The notes under the pieces: generated by a model
The model's database searches: none
What the model was told of the DNA's origin: nothing
Seen by the model: only the letters and a program-made list of their open reading frames with translations
Part shown: piece after piece, positions 26,411 through 35,753 of the stretch
How the letters are laid out: each line of letters begins with the position of its first letter
Numbering within the stretch: the first letter of the stretch is position 1
Made by a program: the position numbers and the translations under genes
DNA from: a virus
Taxonomy: Duplodnaviria; Caudoviricetes
Reading direction: 5' to 3' (one strand)
Virus record (IMG/VR): IMGVR_UViG_3300031993_000012
Coordinates: 96,001 to 160,000 of that record
DNA: 64,000 bases

Positions 26411-29182
26411 TTAACCGAAACTTCCTCTTTGTATTATATTTTTATCTTGTAAATTATCAACCTTTGCTGGCGTGAATGGTGTATCAATATCGAATACTCT
26501 GACATTGATATCGAATGGTGATCTGTTGAATCTCAATGCTGGTTTCATAGGCATATTGTTCATTTCAATTATAGGATAAACCAACAAAGTATCTTTATCA
26601 ATTATATATTTTTTGCCCCCTTCACCATGACCGGATGAAGTCCACATCTCAAGCTGATTAGGCTTAATTGTACTCAGTCCAGGTGAGAATTGCATTCGAT
26701 TCGCAGTTTTAGCTATGTTCTCAACAGTATATACGAGCTGTTCGCCATTGATGGTATCACCATTGTTTGTATTATTCTGTGGCTGTTGCTGTTGTTGATT
26801 ATTTTGTTGCTGCTGTTGCGGTGCTGGCTGTGGTTGACCGTTCTGAGCCTGCTGTTCAGGAATAGGATTCTGTTGCGGTGTTGGTTGTGGATTATTCTGA
26901 GTTGGTTGTGTTCCTCCAGTTGGAGCTGGTGCAGAACCATCACCTTGTCTGATTACACCTTTACTGAGAAGATCACCATGATCGTTGAATTTTGCTGGAG
27001 TTATAAGCGTTGAATTGTCTAAACCACCTTTTCCAACGACATCAAATAGCTGTGGGTTAAGTGTATTTACACGAACCTGATACGGTTCAGTTGTATATGG
27101 ATATACGTTACCTCCACTGTCAGATATAAGTGGACCATTAGTTGAAAACTCAAGTAATTGAGTACCAACATTCCATCTTCTACGTTTACCAGTCTTAGAC
27201 AAGTTATTCTTTATTAAATCAAACAACTGTGCACCTGTTATCGAACCAGCATTATTGGTTCCCACATTCTGTTGTTGAGTATTCTGTTGCGGTGTTGGTT
27301 GTGGATTATTCTGACTCTGTTGTTGCTGAGGTTGAGCGGTTTGTGTTGGATTCTGTTGAGGTTGTGTTTGCTGCGTTTGCTGCCGAGTTTGATCAGTTTG
27401 ACCACCACCATTATTAGCAGCACCATCCTTCTGAATAGAACCAGGTTGTGTGATCTTACCATTTGATACTTGTGCAGGTGTAATAACTGAAGCATCACTG
27501 ATAGTGAAACTACCACCAGAATAGTTGAATACATTATTATTGAATGCCATTGCTGCTATTTGATAAGGAGCTGTTACAAACGGATATACCAGACCAGTTG
27601 AAGGATCTGCAACATATCTACTACGATTATTACCTGGAACAAGCTGTTTATTTTGAGCATCCCAATCATAATATTGACCAGATGTGCTGAGCTTATTCTT
27701 CACCAAATCAAACAACTGCGTACCTGTTATCGGTGTAGCGGCGCCAGATGATGTTAAACCACCATTCTGATTCTGTTGAGGTTGTGCCTGTTTCGATTGC
27801 TGTTCAGGTGTGGGGTTTTGTTGTGGTGGATTTTGTGTACCATTTATATCATTCAATATATTCTGTGCTTCCGGTGATACTCTACGTCCATTCTGTTGTT
27901 GCTGTTGTTCAGGAGCGGGTTCATTAGTATTCTGACCGCCACCACCATTCTGGTTATCTCTCATCTGATCAACGAAAGAATCACTGAGCTGTTTAGCGGT
28001 ATCAGCATATCCTTTGTACCACTGCTCAACAATCTTCATTTTATCCTTACAGAACTTACGTTCATTTGCCGATGTATTACTGTCTTCGGACTTTTGTTTA
28101 TACCAATCAATTGCAGCACGTTTCTCTTTGATAACATTATTCCATATATCACTGAGATCATCATAGTTAGCTGCTTTCTTGATATCTTCAGTTGCTTTCT
28201 GGAAATATTCTGCTGGATCTGGCATTGGATCACCGATGATACCACCCTTTGGTGATTGTGATAGATTACCTTTATATGACTGAGTAACATTATTCGACGC
28301 TTGCTGTACTTTCTGTATTTGTGATTTACAATAGTCAGCTTCCTGTTTTGTCACGGGACCATTTTTCAATTTGTCTTTATAGAATCTAGTCAACTTGTCA
28401 TATGTTTCTACTGCTTTATCATATGCCTTTTGTGCGTCCTGTGGTGACTTGGCATTCTTTATAGTATCTATGATATTCTGGGTGTAACCCTTGAGATCTG
28501 AAATAGGTTCACCTTCAATACTAGAAACAGATGACGTCATTGAACTGATTAAATTACTCAAACGCTTTAAGATACCACCACCGGTTTTAAGCTTTTCTTT
28601 TTCTGCCTTAAGTTTATTCTGGTTAACTGCATCCTGTGCTTGACCAGCAACATTTTCCATTTGTTGAACATTGTTGCTGATTTGATCGATTGCTTGATTG
28701 ACTCTATTGGTGGCTTCTTGCAGATTGTCAATCGTCAATGATGAATTAGATTCAGCTGATCGTTCAGACAATTTCTGTTTAAACGCTTCTGCTTGTTCTG
28801 GAGTCATCTGAACTTTTCTGTTGACTTCCTCCATTATCTGAGCAATTCTCTCTGGTGTAAAAGTTACATTAGTCGCAGCATCGGAATATTCATTTGCAGC
28901 TTGGATGATTGTTTCTGCCGGTTTTACCATTGGGGGTGGAACCGGTGTTCGTTTTGGTACTTTATTGGTTTTACTTTTTATATTATCAACCATCTTACGA
29001 CACCATTCAATGAATCGTTGTATCAAGTTTCCATTGTTTGGTGAAGTTCGTTCAGGTGTTATTGTTGTAACACCAGCTTCCATGATTACCGTTTCAAACA
29101 TTATCTGTTTTTCATAATATTCCGATAATGCCATCAATACATTATATTCGGATTCAAGGATAATGTCTTGAATACTATTCAT
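26411..29182 (-). CDS. Gln/Asn/Pro-rich virion protein with three repeated C-terminal domains
   Basis: I(T/N)GxQL...TPA...GSI/GVI/GSF three times; N-terminal ILES/IMEA motifs. Confidence 0.6.
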   Translation of the reverse strand: MNSIQDIILESEYNVLMALSEYYEKQIMFETVIMEAGVTTITPERTSPNNGNLIQRFIEWCRKMVDNIKSKTNKVPKRTPVPPPMVKPAETIIQAANEYSDAATNVTFTPERIAQIMEEVNRKVQMTPEQAEAFKQKLSERSAESNSSLTIDNLQEATNRVNQAIDQISNNVQQMENVAGQAQDAVNQNKLKAEKEKLKTGGGILKRLSNLISSMTSSVSSIEGEPISDLKGYTQNIIDTIKNAKSPQDAQKAYDKAVETYDKLTRFYKDKLKNGPVTKQEADYCKSQIQKVQQASNNVTQSYKGNLSQSPKGGIIGDPMPDPAEYFQKATEDIKKAANYDDLSDIWNNVIKEKRAAIDWYKQKSEDSNTSANERKFCKDKMKIVEQWYKGYADTAKQLSDSFVDQMRDNQNGGGGQNTNEPAPEQQQQQNGRRVSPEAQNILNDINGTQNPPQQNPTPEQQSKQAQPQQNQNGGLTSSGAATPITGTQLFDLVKNKLSTSGQYYDWDAQNKQLVPGNNRSRYVADPSTGLVYPFVTAPYQIAAMAFNNNVFNYSGGSFTISDASVITPAQVSNGKITQPGSIQKDGAANNGGGQTDQTRQQTQQTQPQQNPTQTAQPQQQQSQNNPQPTPQQNTQQQNVGTNNAGSITGAQLFDLIKNNLSKTGKRRRWNVGTQLLEFSTNGPLISDSGGNVYPYTTEPYQVRVNTLNPQLFDVVGKGGLDNSTLITPAKFNDHGDLLSKGVIRQGDGSAPAPTGGTQPTQNNPQPTPQQNPIPEQQAQNGQPQPAPQQQQQNNQQQQQPQNNTNNGDTINGEQLVYTVENIAKTANRMQFSPGLSTIKPNQLEMWTSSGHGEGGKKYIIDKDTLLVYPIIEMNNMPMKPALRFNRSPFDINVRVFDIDTPFTPAKVDNLQDKNIIQRGSFG

Positions 29183-29195
29183 TATACTTCACTCC

Positions 29196-29669
29196 TTATA
29201 TGTATATTTTCTTTGAATAAAGATTATTCAATTGATCATATGATATACCGATGATGACCTTATGAGTCTGTGACCCAATTGCAATACGTTCCGTACCAGT
29301 AATCTGTATGAGTAACGCAGGCTGAGATTCCAGTTCATCCATCATACAATCGATTGTTATACCAGTTAATGATATACGATTACATTGTTCTTCGATTTGT
29401 GCTTTAATGGTTTTTGGTACCATATGATCATCAGCATATTTATGTAAGTACGATTCAATATCAATTCCAAGTTCCGGTATTGATGGATACTGACCGGGTT
29501 TCATGAATAACAATGCTTGAACAATATTTACACACATTTCAAACGTTGATAATACTTTTGGTTTGTATGCGGTATCATAATCAAGTGCAACATCATATCC
29601 AAGAGTCTGTACGGATGATGGATATTTCTTATTGATTTCTTGGAGCGTGATTCCTACTTCGTCTAACAT
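29196..29669 (-). CDS. baseplate wedge subunit (gp25-like)
   Basis: LLFMKPGQYPSIPELGIDIESYL resembles the gp25 L-x-T-x-x-G-E-x-P-x-x-P-x-x-G pattern. Confidence 0.6.
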   Translation of the reverse strand: MLDEVGITLQEINKKYPSSVQTLGYDVALDYDTAYKPKVLSTFEMCVNIVQALLFMKPGQYPSIPELGIDIESYLHKYADDHMVPKTIKAQIEEQCNRISLTGITIDCMMDELESQPALLIQITGTERIAIGSQTHKVIIGISYDQLNNLYSKKIYI

Positions 29670-29675
29670 GATTAA

Positions 29676-29966
29676 TCACCTCGCTTTTAATTGTTCACGT
29701 ATCATTTCACATATTACTGAAGTATCTTTACCGTTCATATGGAAATCATACAATTTCTCGATCAATAATGTCAATATGATTGATGTGGATTGCGTTGCAT
29801 TTGCAAATACCAATTCACTGGAAACTGACACATTCGATCGCATTATCGTTAATAAATATTCATCAGATTTATTTGAGATATCTCCTTTGGTGGATAATGT
29901 TATTATCTCAGGATATTTCTCAATAATCATTTTGATTGTTTTATGTGTTTTACTCATATGCATCAC
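29676..29966 (-). CDS. hypothetical protein
   Basis: operon ORF. Confidence 0.55.
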   Translation of the reverse strand: MMHMSKTHKTIKMIIEKYPEIITLSTKGDISNKSDEYLLTIMRSNVSVSSELVFANATQSTSIILTLLIEKLYDFHMNGKDTSVICEMIREQLKAR

Positions 29967-30718
29967 CCCTGGTCAGGACGATTGTTCGGTGACTCAACAT
30001 ATTCATCATCGAATTCGTCGTAATTTTTATCCAGTATTTTGATGTAATGCATTCCGGTTCGTTTGCATTCATTTCTCATCATTTGGTCTTTACGTGCTTC
30101 GATATCACGGTTGTGTTCCATGAATGATGTATTGAAATTACCTTGTTTGATTTCAACATGAAGATTCAATGATGGAATAAAGAAATCTGGAATGTACAAA
30201 TGTTGTGAACCGTCTCCCCATTTATAATGGAAATCAACCGGTGATGGTGCAATGATATCATCTGGGCTCCAATCCATGTCTTTCAGATGATTCAGAAAAT
30301 CAACTTCGTAATTACCGATTACACGGAATTTATGTTTATCATCCCATACATAATCACGTGCATCAGCGTGATTTATCATCATCTTCCGTTGTTGTTCACC
30401 ATCATTCAATAAATGTTCTTTACCATAAACATTCACCATTCTTGATTTCATCATTTTAACATATGCTTCTTTGCATTTTGGATCATCACACAGTCGAGCA
30501 TATTTTAATGTATCATCATTGAATGCGACTTTACGTTTACGACACATCAAACATAAACGTCCCATTGGTTTATTGACAAATAATGAATATGCGAATTCAT
30601 ATCCATCATCACAATCTTCGGGAATTTGATTGTTATGTTTGTAAACCACATGGTCACAATATTTGTGTTTATCATTAAATGAACGATCGCAGAATAAACA
30701 TTTTACCTTACGACTCAT
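29963..30718 (-). CDS. zinc-finger protein with PD-(D/E)XK endonuclease domain
   Basis: GGAGG RBS gives start MSRKVKCLFC; CxxC...HxxxxH and CxxC...CxxxxC; YIPDFFIPSLNLHVEIK. Confidence 0.7.
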   Translation of the reverse strand: MSRKVKCLFCDRSFNDKHKYCDHVVYKHNNQIPEDCDDGYEFAYSLFVNKPMGRLCLMCRKRKVAFNDDTLKYARLCDDPKCKEAYVKMMKSRMVNVYGKEHLLNDGEQQRKMMINHADARDYVWDDKHKFRVIGNYEVDFLNHLKDMDWSPDDIIAPSPVDFHYKWGDGSQHLYIPDFFIPSLNLHVEIKQGNFNTSFMEHNRDIEARKDQMMRNECKRTGMHYIKILDKNYDEFDDEYVESPNNRPDQG

Positions 30719-30760
30719 TTGTTTACCTCCTTTATAGTAGAATATTATAGTTTGGTCTTC

Positions 30761-30776
30761 AACCAATGTGTAATCT
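30761..30776 (+). promoter_or_regulatory. putative late promoter AACC-N6-TAATCT
   Basis: recurrent motif. Confidence 0.6.
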
Positions 30777-30820
30777 ATCATCATTGATAGAACTATACTA
30801 ACGAAAGTGGTGATACATCC

Positions 30821-31348
30821 ATGAGAGTAAATATCGTGGGTAAAGGTGTATGCCCTGTACTGGGAATAATACTGCCTGTGACTAATGTTGATGTAACCGA
30901 TGGAGTTCTGGAGACACTTATAAAGACACGTAATATCCGAGTATTTGACGTGATGACAGGTGTTCAAGTTACAACACGTAACTACAAGAATTTCCTCATG
31001 AGAAGAACTGTCGCTGCAGTTGCACAGACAGCCGCACCTATTGAACCAGTTAAGGTTCCCGCAACAAAGGTTGAAAAGAAGAAGAAGTCTACAAAGAAAC
31101 AGGTAGACGAGGTTCCTGCAACTGTAGAAGCTGTACCGGAAACTGTTCCTGAGGAAACTCCTTCTGAAACCGTTGAAACCACCAAGGAAACATACGAAAC
31201 TCCGGTGGTTGAAACTGTGCCTGAAGTATCGGAAGAATCAGTTGATACAACAGAAGAAACAACCGACGAAACATCAGATTCATCAACTGATACTGATACA
31301 ACGGAGTCAACCAACAATTACTCATCAAAGAAAAAGAAGAGAAAGTAA
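30821..31348 (+). CDS. hypothetical protein with Glu/Thr-rich tail and basic C-terminus
   Basis: 175-aa ORF with biased codon usage. Confidence 0.7.
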   Translation: MRVNIVGKGVCPVLGIILPVTNVDVTDGVLETLIKTRNIRVFDVMTGVQVTTRNYKNFLMRRTVAAVAQTAAPIEPVKVPATKVEKKKKSTKKQVDEVPATVEAVPETVPEETPSETVETTKETYETPVVETVPEVSEESVDTTEETTDETSDSSTDTDTTESTNNYSSKKKKRK

Positions 31349-31393
31349 TATGGAGGCGGGTATATCCCGCCTTCTACTTTTTATTGTTTGAAA

Positions 31394-31409
31394 AACCGAT
31401 TCGTAATCT
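31394..31409 (+). promoter_or_regulatory. putative late promoter AACC-N6-TAATCT heading the dockerin operon
   Basis: recurrent motif just upstream of AAGGAGG. Confidence 0.6.
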
Positions 31410-31431
31410 TATATTTAAAGGAGGTTACACA

Positions 31432-32622
31432 ATGGATTTCATTGATGAAAGTTATTTCGGTATAGATGAAGCAATGTCATTCATTCAAGAATCAAATGAT
31501 TCTACAATGAGATTACGTGCAGAAATCATTGAACCGATTATGAAAACATTGGATACCAAAAAAGGTTCTGATGAATATTTGAAATTCGGTACTGAATTCA
31601 TTGAAGCAAATGCGGATATGTTAGCACGTGAATTTCCAACAAAACGTGTTTCATTCCCAAAGAAATACGTTGATAATATTCTTGGTGTATTCGGATTTGA
31701 ATTGGAGTCGTTTAAGAAAACAATCAAATCTTTATGTGAAGATATTAATGGTAGTGATTTCAAAACAATCATTGCAACACCAACGAATATTATTCACGCA
31801 ATCGTTTTGTTTTATTCCGACATGACATTCAATCGTTATGTTCGTGATTCTGCACGTCAACAATTGGCATTAACCGTATATCATGTTATGTTCAATAAAT
31901 TTTATCATGGATTGCCTGATGAAAAAGTAATGGCTTACACGTATATGCATCTTAATAGAAACTGGGATATTGTTAAAGCCGAAGATATGATGACATGGAT
32001 TTCTGATAAAGTTGATTCTGCATACGCGTTTTATAAAACACAACTTACCATCAATACAACGATGAAAACAATCGTTATGTTTTTAAATCGTGTACGTACT
32101 CAGATACGTCAAGCAATGCAACAATTGGCAAATGTTTATTACAAGAATCAAACCGAAGGAAATCGTGTAAACGAAGATGCTGAAACTGGTCAACATGAAT
32201 ATATCGTAACTGATGATACTTCGCAAATACGTAATAAATTGATGCAATTGATGAAACGTGGTGACTCTTTGTATACAACCGAGAGTAATTTGTATACCGG
32301 GGTGGCGAAATTGAAAAACGTTTCTTCAAAAGCATTATACGAATTGGCACAGAAAGTTTCTCATCGTGATATTGGTGAATTGATTGATTTGATATTCTAT
32401 GTATTCATTGTAAAGGAAGGACATAAAATTGAAGAAATAAATTCGTCTGTATATATCGGTGAGATTACCAATTTACCAACGAAGGTTGATCGTTGTATTC
32501 CCGGTAAACCAATCGTTGCTCCATACGTAAAAAAGTATGGTGTTAAAAAAGAATTGATTGTCGCATACATATGTTTGATTGCAACATGGATAATGATGCG
32601 AATCAATGATGTTACTAAATAA
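31432..32622 (+). CDS. putative virion protein
   Basis: AAGGAGG RBS; N-terminal IDES/IDEA/IQES motifs. Confidence 0.6.
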   Translation: MDFIDESYFGIDEAMSFIQESNDSTMRLRAEIIEPIMKTLDTKKGSDEYLKFGTEFIEANADMLAREFPTKRVSFPKKYVDNILGVFGFELESFKKTIKSLCEDINGSDFKTIIATPTNIIHAIVLFYSDMTFNRYVRDSARQQLALTVYHVMFNKFYHGLPDEKVMAYTYMHLNRNWDIVKAEDMMTWISDKVDSAYAFYKTQLTINTTMKTIVMFLNRVRTQIRQAMQQLANVYYKNQTEGNRVNEDAETGQHEYIVTDDTSQIRNKLMQLMKRGDSLYTTESNLYTGVAKLKNVSSKALYELAQKVSHRDIGELIDLIFYVFIVKEGHKIEEINSSVYIGEITNLPTKVDRCIPGKPIVAPYVKKYGVKKELIVAYICLIATWIMMRINDVTK

Positions 32623-32636
32623 AAGGAGGTCTTATT

Positions 32637-34421
32637 ATGCCAGACAATCCAAGAATGCTTGGAGACTTATTCCCTGCAACCGGTGATGGTGAAGGTCGTG
32701 GTGTCATTGATGCTAATGATCTTAATGTGTATGATTATGCATTGGCAAATAATTGTGCACGTACTTTCATTGATTATCAGGAAGGACAAAAAGTTCCAAT
32801 CGATGTAAAGAATGGCGGTATCATTCCCGAGCAAGCTGCTGTTGCATCATTACATCAGAATGGTTTTGTTTCCGGTGTTGATCGTTATCTGTTAAAGAAA
32901 TATATTGATAAACAGGATAAACCCACTGGATACAATGTACAAACATTTATCGCAGAATTAGATGCTCAAGAAATCATTCCACCTGTTGATCCTGAAGTTA
33001 AAACATTGGATGAATACCGTGATGATGTTACTGATCATATTCTCGATCTTAAAGTATATCAGGCTGATGTTATGCTTACATTACAAACCATTTCTGCTAA
33101 GAGTCTCAATGATATGTGGGAGAAATCACAACGTCTTTGGGGTGAAGCATATAGAATGGATTATGATACAATCGCTCAGCTCGATGCTGATATGAATGCT
33201 GGTATTGACGCTACATATGAGCATGCCGATGACAGTGGATGGAAAGCTGGTCAACCGGATATTCTTTCCAGTATCAAAACAATCATTGGTACACCGGAAG
33301 ATGGTCTTAATAAAGCACAATGTGAAGAAATCCGTGATAAGTATTGGACTCCAACTGCGATAACATTCTCAGATCCACCAACACAAGAAGAGCGTGACAA
33401 GTTGGTTAAACGTTTGATCAGTATACCAGTATCAGAAGGTGTTGACTTTTATGATACATATAAGAATGCCGAACACAGTGGCGGTGGTGGCGATGATCCT
33501 GGTGAGTCACTCGTACCTGCTGATCCCGAAACTGCACCTGCAGCTTCTGGTGATCTCGCAACGTTCATTTCCAACTGTTCATCTACATATCAAACCACAT
33601 TCAACAATACTATCACATCATCACACCCGAATCAGATTATCACACTCAAAGGCAATGGTGGCTCAGATGCAATTCTTAACTGCTATGAAGTCAGTGGTGG
33701 CACATGGACTGCTGTATCTGGATTAACGAATGTTGCAGCAAAGGTTGGTGAAGCTGGAATTAAACCAGTCAGTGAAGTTCGTGAAAATCATTACAACACA
33801 AGCAGAACTCCCGCCGGAGCATGGCGACTTGGTAACTGGTCTACATGCGCTGATGATATTGGTGCTTTCGGTAAAGAAACACGTACTGGTTTGAAAATCA
33901 ATTATAAGAAACTCGAAGCAACTATGCATTGGATTGACGCAGGTAATTCACCACAGCAACAAGTTGAATCATATCCATCATGGTATAATACATTCTTCGA
34001 TACTGCTCAAAATCCATTCCATCTTATACAATGGAAACGTGCTGACTGGGCTACCAGTGTTTTCTATAAAAGTGATAAAACCACAACTATATCTGGTGCG
34101 GATACAGCATTCGATTATGGTAAATATTATGCAAATTTCAGTGGTGTTTCTACCAATGCTACCGAACGTTTGTATGATTATGTGGATACATCATATAGAA
34201 ATGCAATCGTTATTCGTTTTAATATGCCACCACATGTACAGAAACCAATTACACCAGATGAAGGAGCTGGTGCTGGTTCTGCATACTTCCTCCATAGTTC
34301 GAACAACGATTCTACACCTGCTGCAACCGGAGGATGTGTATCTGTACACAATGACAAAATGATTGCAATATTGAACTGGATCGATCGTACGAAGAGTCCA
34401 TTCATATTCATCGGCTTATAA
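32637..34421 (+). CDS. divergent dockerin fused to a C-terminal L,D-transpeptidase (YkuD-like) domain
   Basis: LGDL...GVIDANDLNVYDYAL and ASLHQNGFVSGVDRYLLKKYI (duplicated F-hand); GSAYFLH-x10-TGGCVSV catalytic motif; TPAGAW. Confidence 0.7.
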   Translation: MPDNPRMLGDLFPATGDGEGRGVIDANDLNVYDYALANNCARTFIDYQEGQKVPIDVKNGGIIPEQAAVASLHQNGFVSGVDRYLLKKYIDKQDKPTGYNVQTFIAELDAQEIIPPVDPEVKTLDEYRDDVTDHILDLKVYQADVMLTLQTISAKSLNDMWEKSQRLWGEAYRMDYDTIAQLDADMNAGIDATYEHADDSGWKAGQPDILSSIKTIIGTPEDGLNKAQCEEIRDKYWTPTAITFSDPPTQEERDKLVKRLISIPVSEGVDFYDTYKNAEHSGGGGDDPGESLVPADPETAPAASGDLATFISNCSSTYQTTFNNTITSSHPNQIITLKGNGGSDAILNCYEVSGGTWTAVSGLTNVAAKVGEAGIKPVSEVRENHYNTSRTPAGAWRLGNWSTCADDIGAFGKETRTGLKINYKKLEATMHWIDAGNSPQQQVESYPSWYNTFFDTAQNPFHLIQWKRADWATSVFYKSDKTTTISGADTAFDYGKYYANFSGVSTNATERLYDYVDTSYRNAIVIRFNMPPHVQKPITPDEGAGAGSAYFLHSSNNDSTPAATGGCVSVHNDKMIAILNWIDRTKSPFIFIGL

Positions 34422-34437
34422 TTAGGAGGTGATTTAT

Positions 34438-34878
34438 ATGCCGAGACTGTTAGGAGATTTCAACAATGACGGTATGGTTGACAGTAGAGATGGTACAGAT
34501 ATACTAACATATCTCAGCCAGGTTAGCATGTGTCGTGAGGCAGATCCATCCAGAACCGAAGAGGATATTGAAGCTGGTGATGTTATGCGTAACAGCGAAC
34601 TTTCTAACCAAGATAGATATGCGATATCAAAAGCATATGCAATCATGAGTACATACAACCGTGTATATCCTAAAACTCAACCTGCAAACTGGACTGATAC
34701 TGGTGCAGATGGATATAAGAAATATTGGTATGTTAATGAACAAGGTGAAGAAGTTTCATTGGCAGACGAACCATCTGCTCCAACATTTGAATCAAAAAAA
34801 TACTTTTACAAGATAACTGGAGTTGGTGATTTACTTGGTGATGATCCAGTAGCCGCTTTAGTTACTCATTTGCCGTAA
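34438..34878 (+). CDS. dockerin-domain protein with C-terminal aromatic PANW...APTF module
   Basis: GDFNNDGMVDSRDGTDILTYL...AGDVMRNSELSNQDRYAISKAYAIMST; AGGAGGTG RBS. Confidence 0.75.
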   Translation: MPRLLGDFNNDGMVDSRDGTDILTYLSQVSMCREADPSRTEEDIEAGDVMRNSELSNQDRYAISKAYAIMSTYNRVYPKTQPANWTDTGADGYKKYWYVNEQGEEVSLADEPSAPTFESKKYFYKITGVGDLLGDDPVAALVTHLP

Positions 34879-34964
34879 CAGCCAGATAATTCCATCAACT
34901 CAAACATTCCTGATTACAGCCGTCGGAACCTCCTTTGATCTGTTGGTGGGATTTCAATATATAC

Positions 34965-34985
34965 ACCCGGGGTTAATCCCCGGGT
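34965..34985. terminator. GC hairpin ACCCGGGG-TTAAT-CCCCGGGT
   Basis: perfect IR after operon. Confidence 0.7.
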
Positions 34986-35074
34986 ATTATATTTTTTTGA
35001 TTTGTATTTATATCATTATCGTGTACAAGAGAACTCATTTGTACAAAAATTTATTTCAATAGGAGGTTACGTTT

Positions 35075-35752
35075 ATGGGCGTACAGAATGACAGTAATTT
35101 TGAAGGAAGTGTATTTGAGAAATCATTAAACTTCCATAATGAAAACAAATCCATTGATGCTAAACTGTGTGAGTTACCACCATCAAATGGCGAATGGCAT
35201 CGGTATATCGATGAAAACATCGTTCCAACAAATCCTGCTTATACCGGTGAGAAAATTGTTGATGATAATAATGAACGGCCTTCGAAGGTTGAATATTATT
35301 TAAATATTGCAACGGTTGTTTCATCACGTTCAACATGTATCCGTAGAAAGTTCGGTGCTGTTATTGTTAAAGATGATACAATAATTGCAACTGGTTACAA
35401 TGGTGCACCACGTGGTCGTATAAACTGTTGTGCGTTAGGCACATGTTTCCGAAAAGAAAATAATATTCCCGCAGGTAAAATGTATGAAGCATGTCGTAGT
35501 TCACATGCTGAAATGAATGCAATTATGAACGCGGATCCAAATCGTCGTAAAGGAGCGACATTGTATTTGGTTGGTGTTGAAATGGATGGTTCATTCACAG
35601 AAGCAGATTGTTGTTCAATGTGTAAACGATTAATTCTTAATTCCGGAATAACAAAAATAGTATTCCGTACTAAGAACAAAAGCGTTAGAACCGTCGTTGT
35701 TCAGGAATGGATTGAAAACGATGATTCATTAACAATTCATGAGGGTTATTAA
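35075..35752 (+). CDS. dCMP deaminase
   Basis: RSTCIRR, TGYNGAPRG, HAEMNAI, CCSMC. Confidence 0.9.
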   Translation: MGVQNDSNFEGSVFEKSLNFHNENKSIDAKLCELPPSNGEWHRYIDENIVPTNPAYTGEKIVDDNNERPSKVEYYLNIATVVSSRSTCIRRKFGAVIVKDDTIIATGYNGAPRGRINCCALGTCFRKENNIPAGKMYEACRSSHAEMNAIMNADPNRRKGATLYLVGVEMDGSFTEADCCSMCKRLILNSGITKIVFRTKNKSVRTVVVQEWIENDDSLTIHEGY

Positions 35753-35753
35753 T

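Noticed and set aside
30719-30967. N-terminal extension of the zinc-finger nuclease ORF
   Set aside because: Overlaps a divergent gene and promoter; the GGAGG RBS supports a start at 30718
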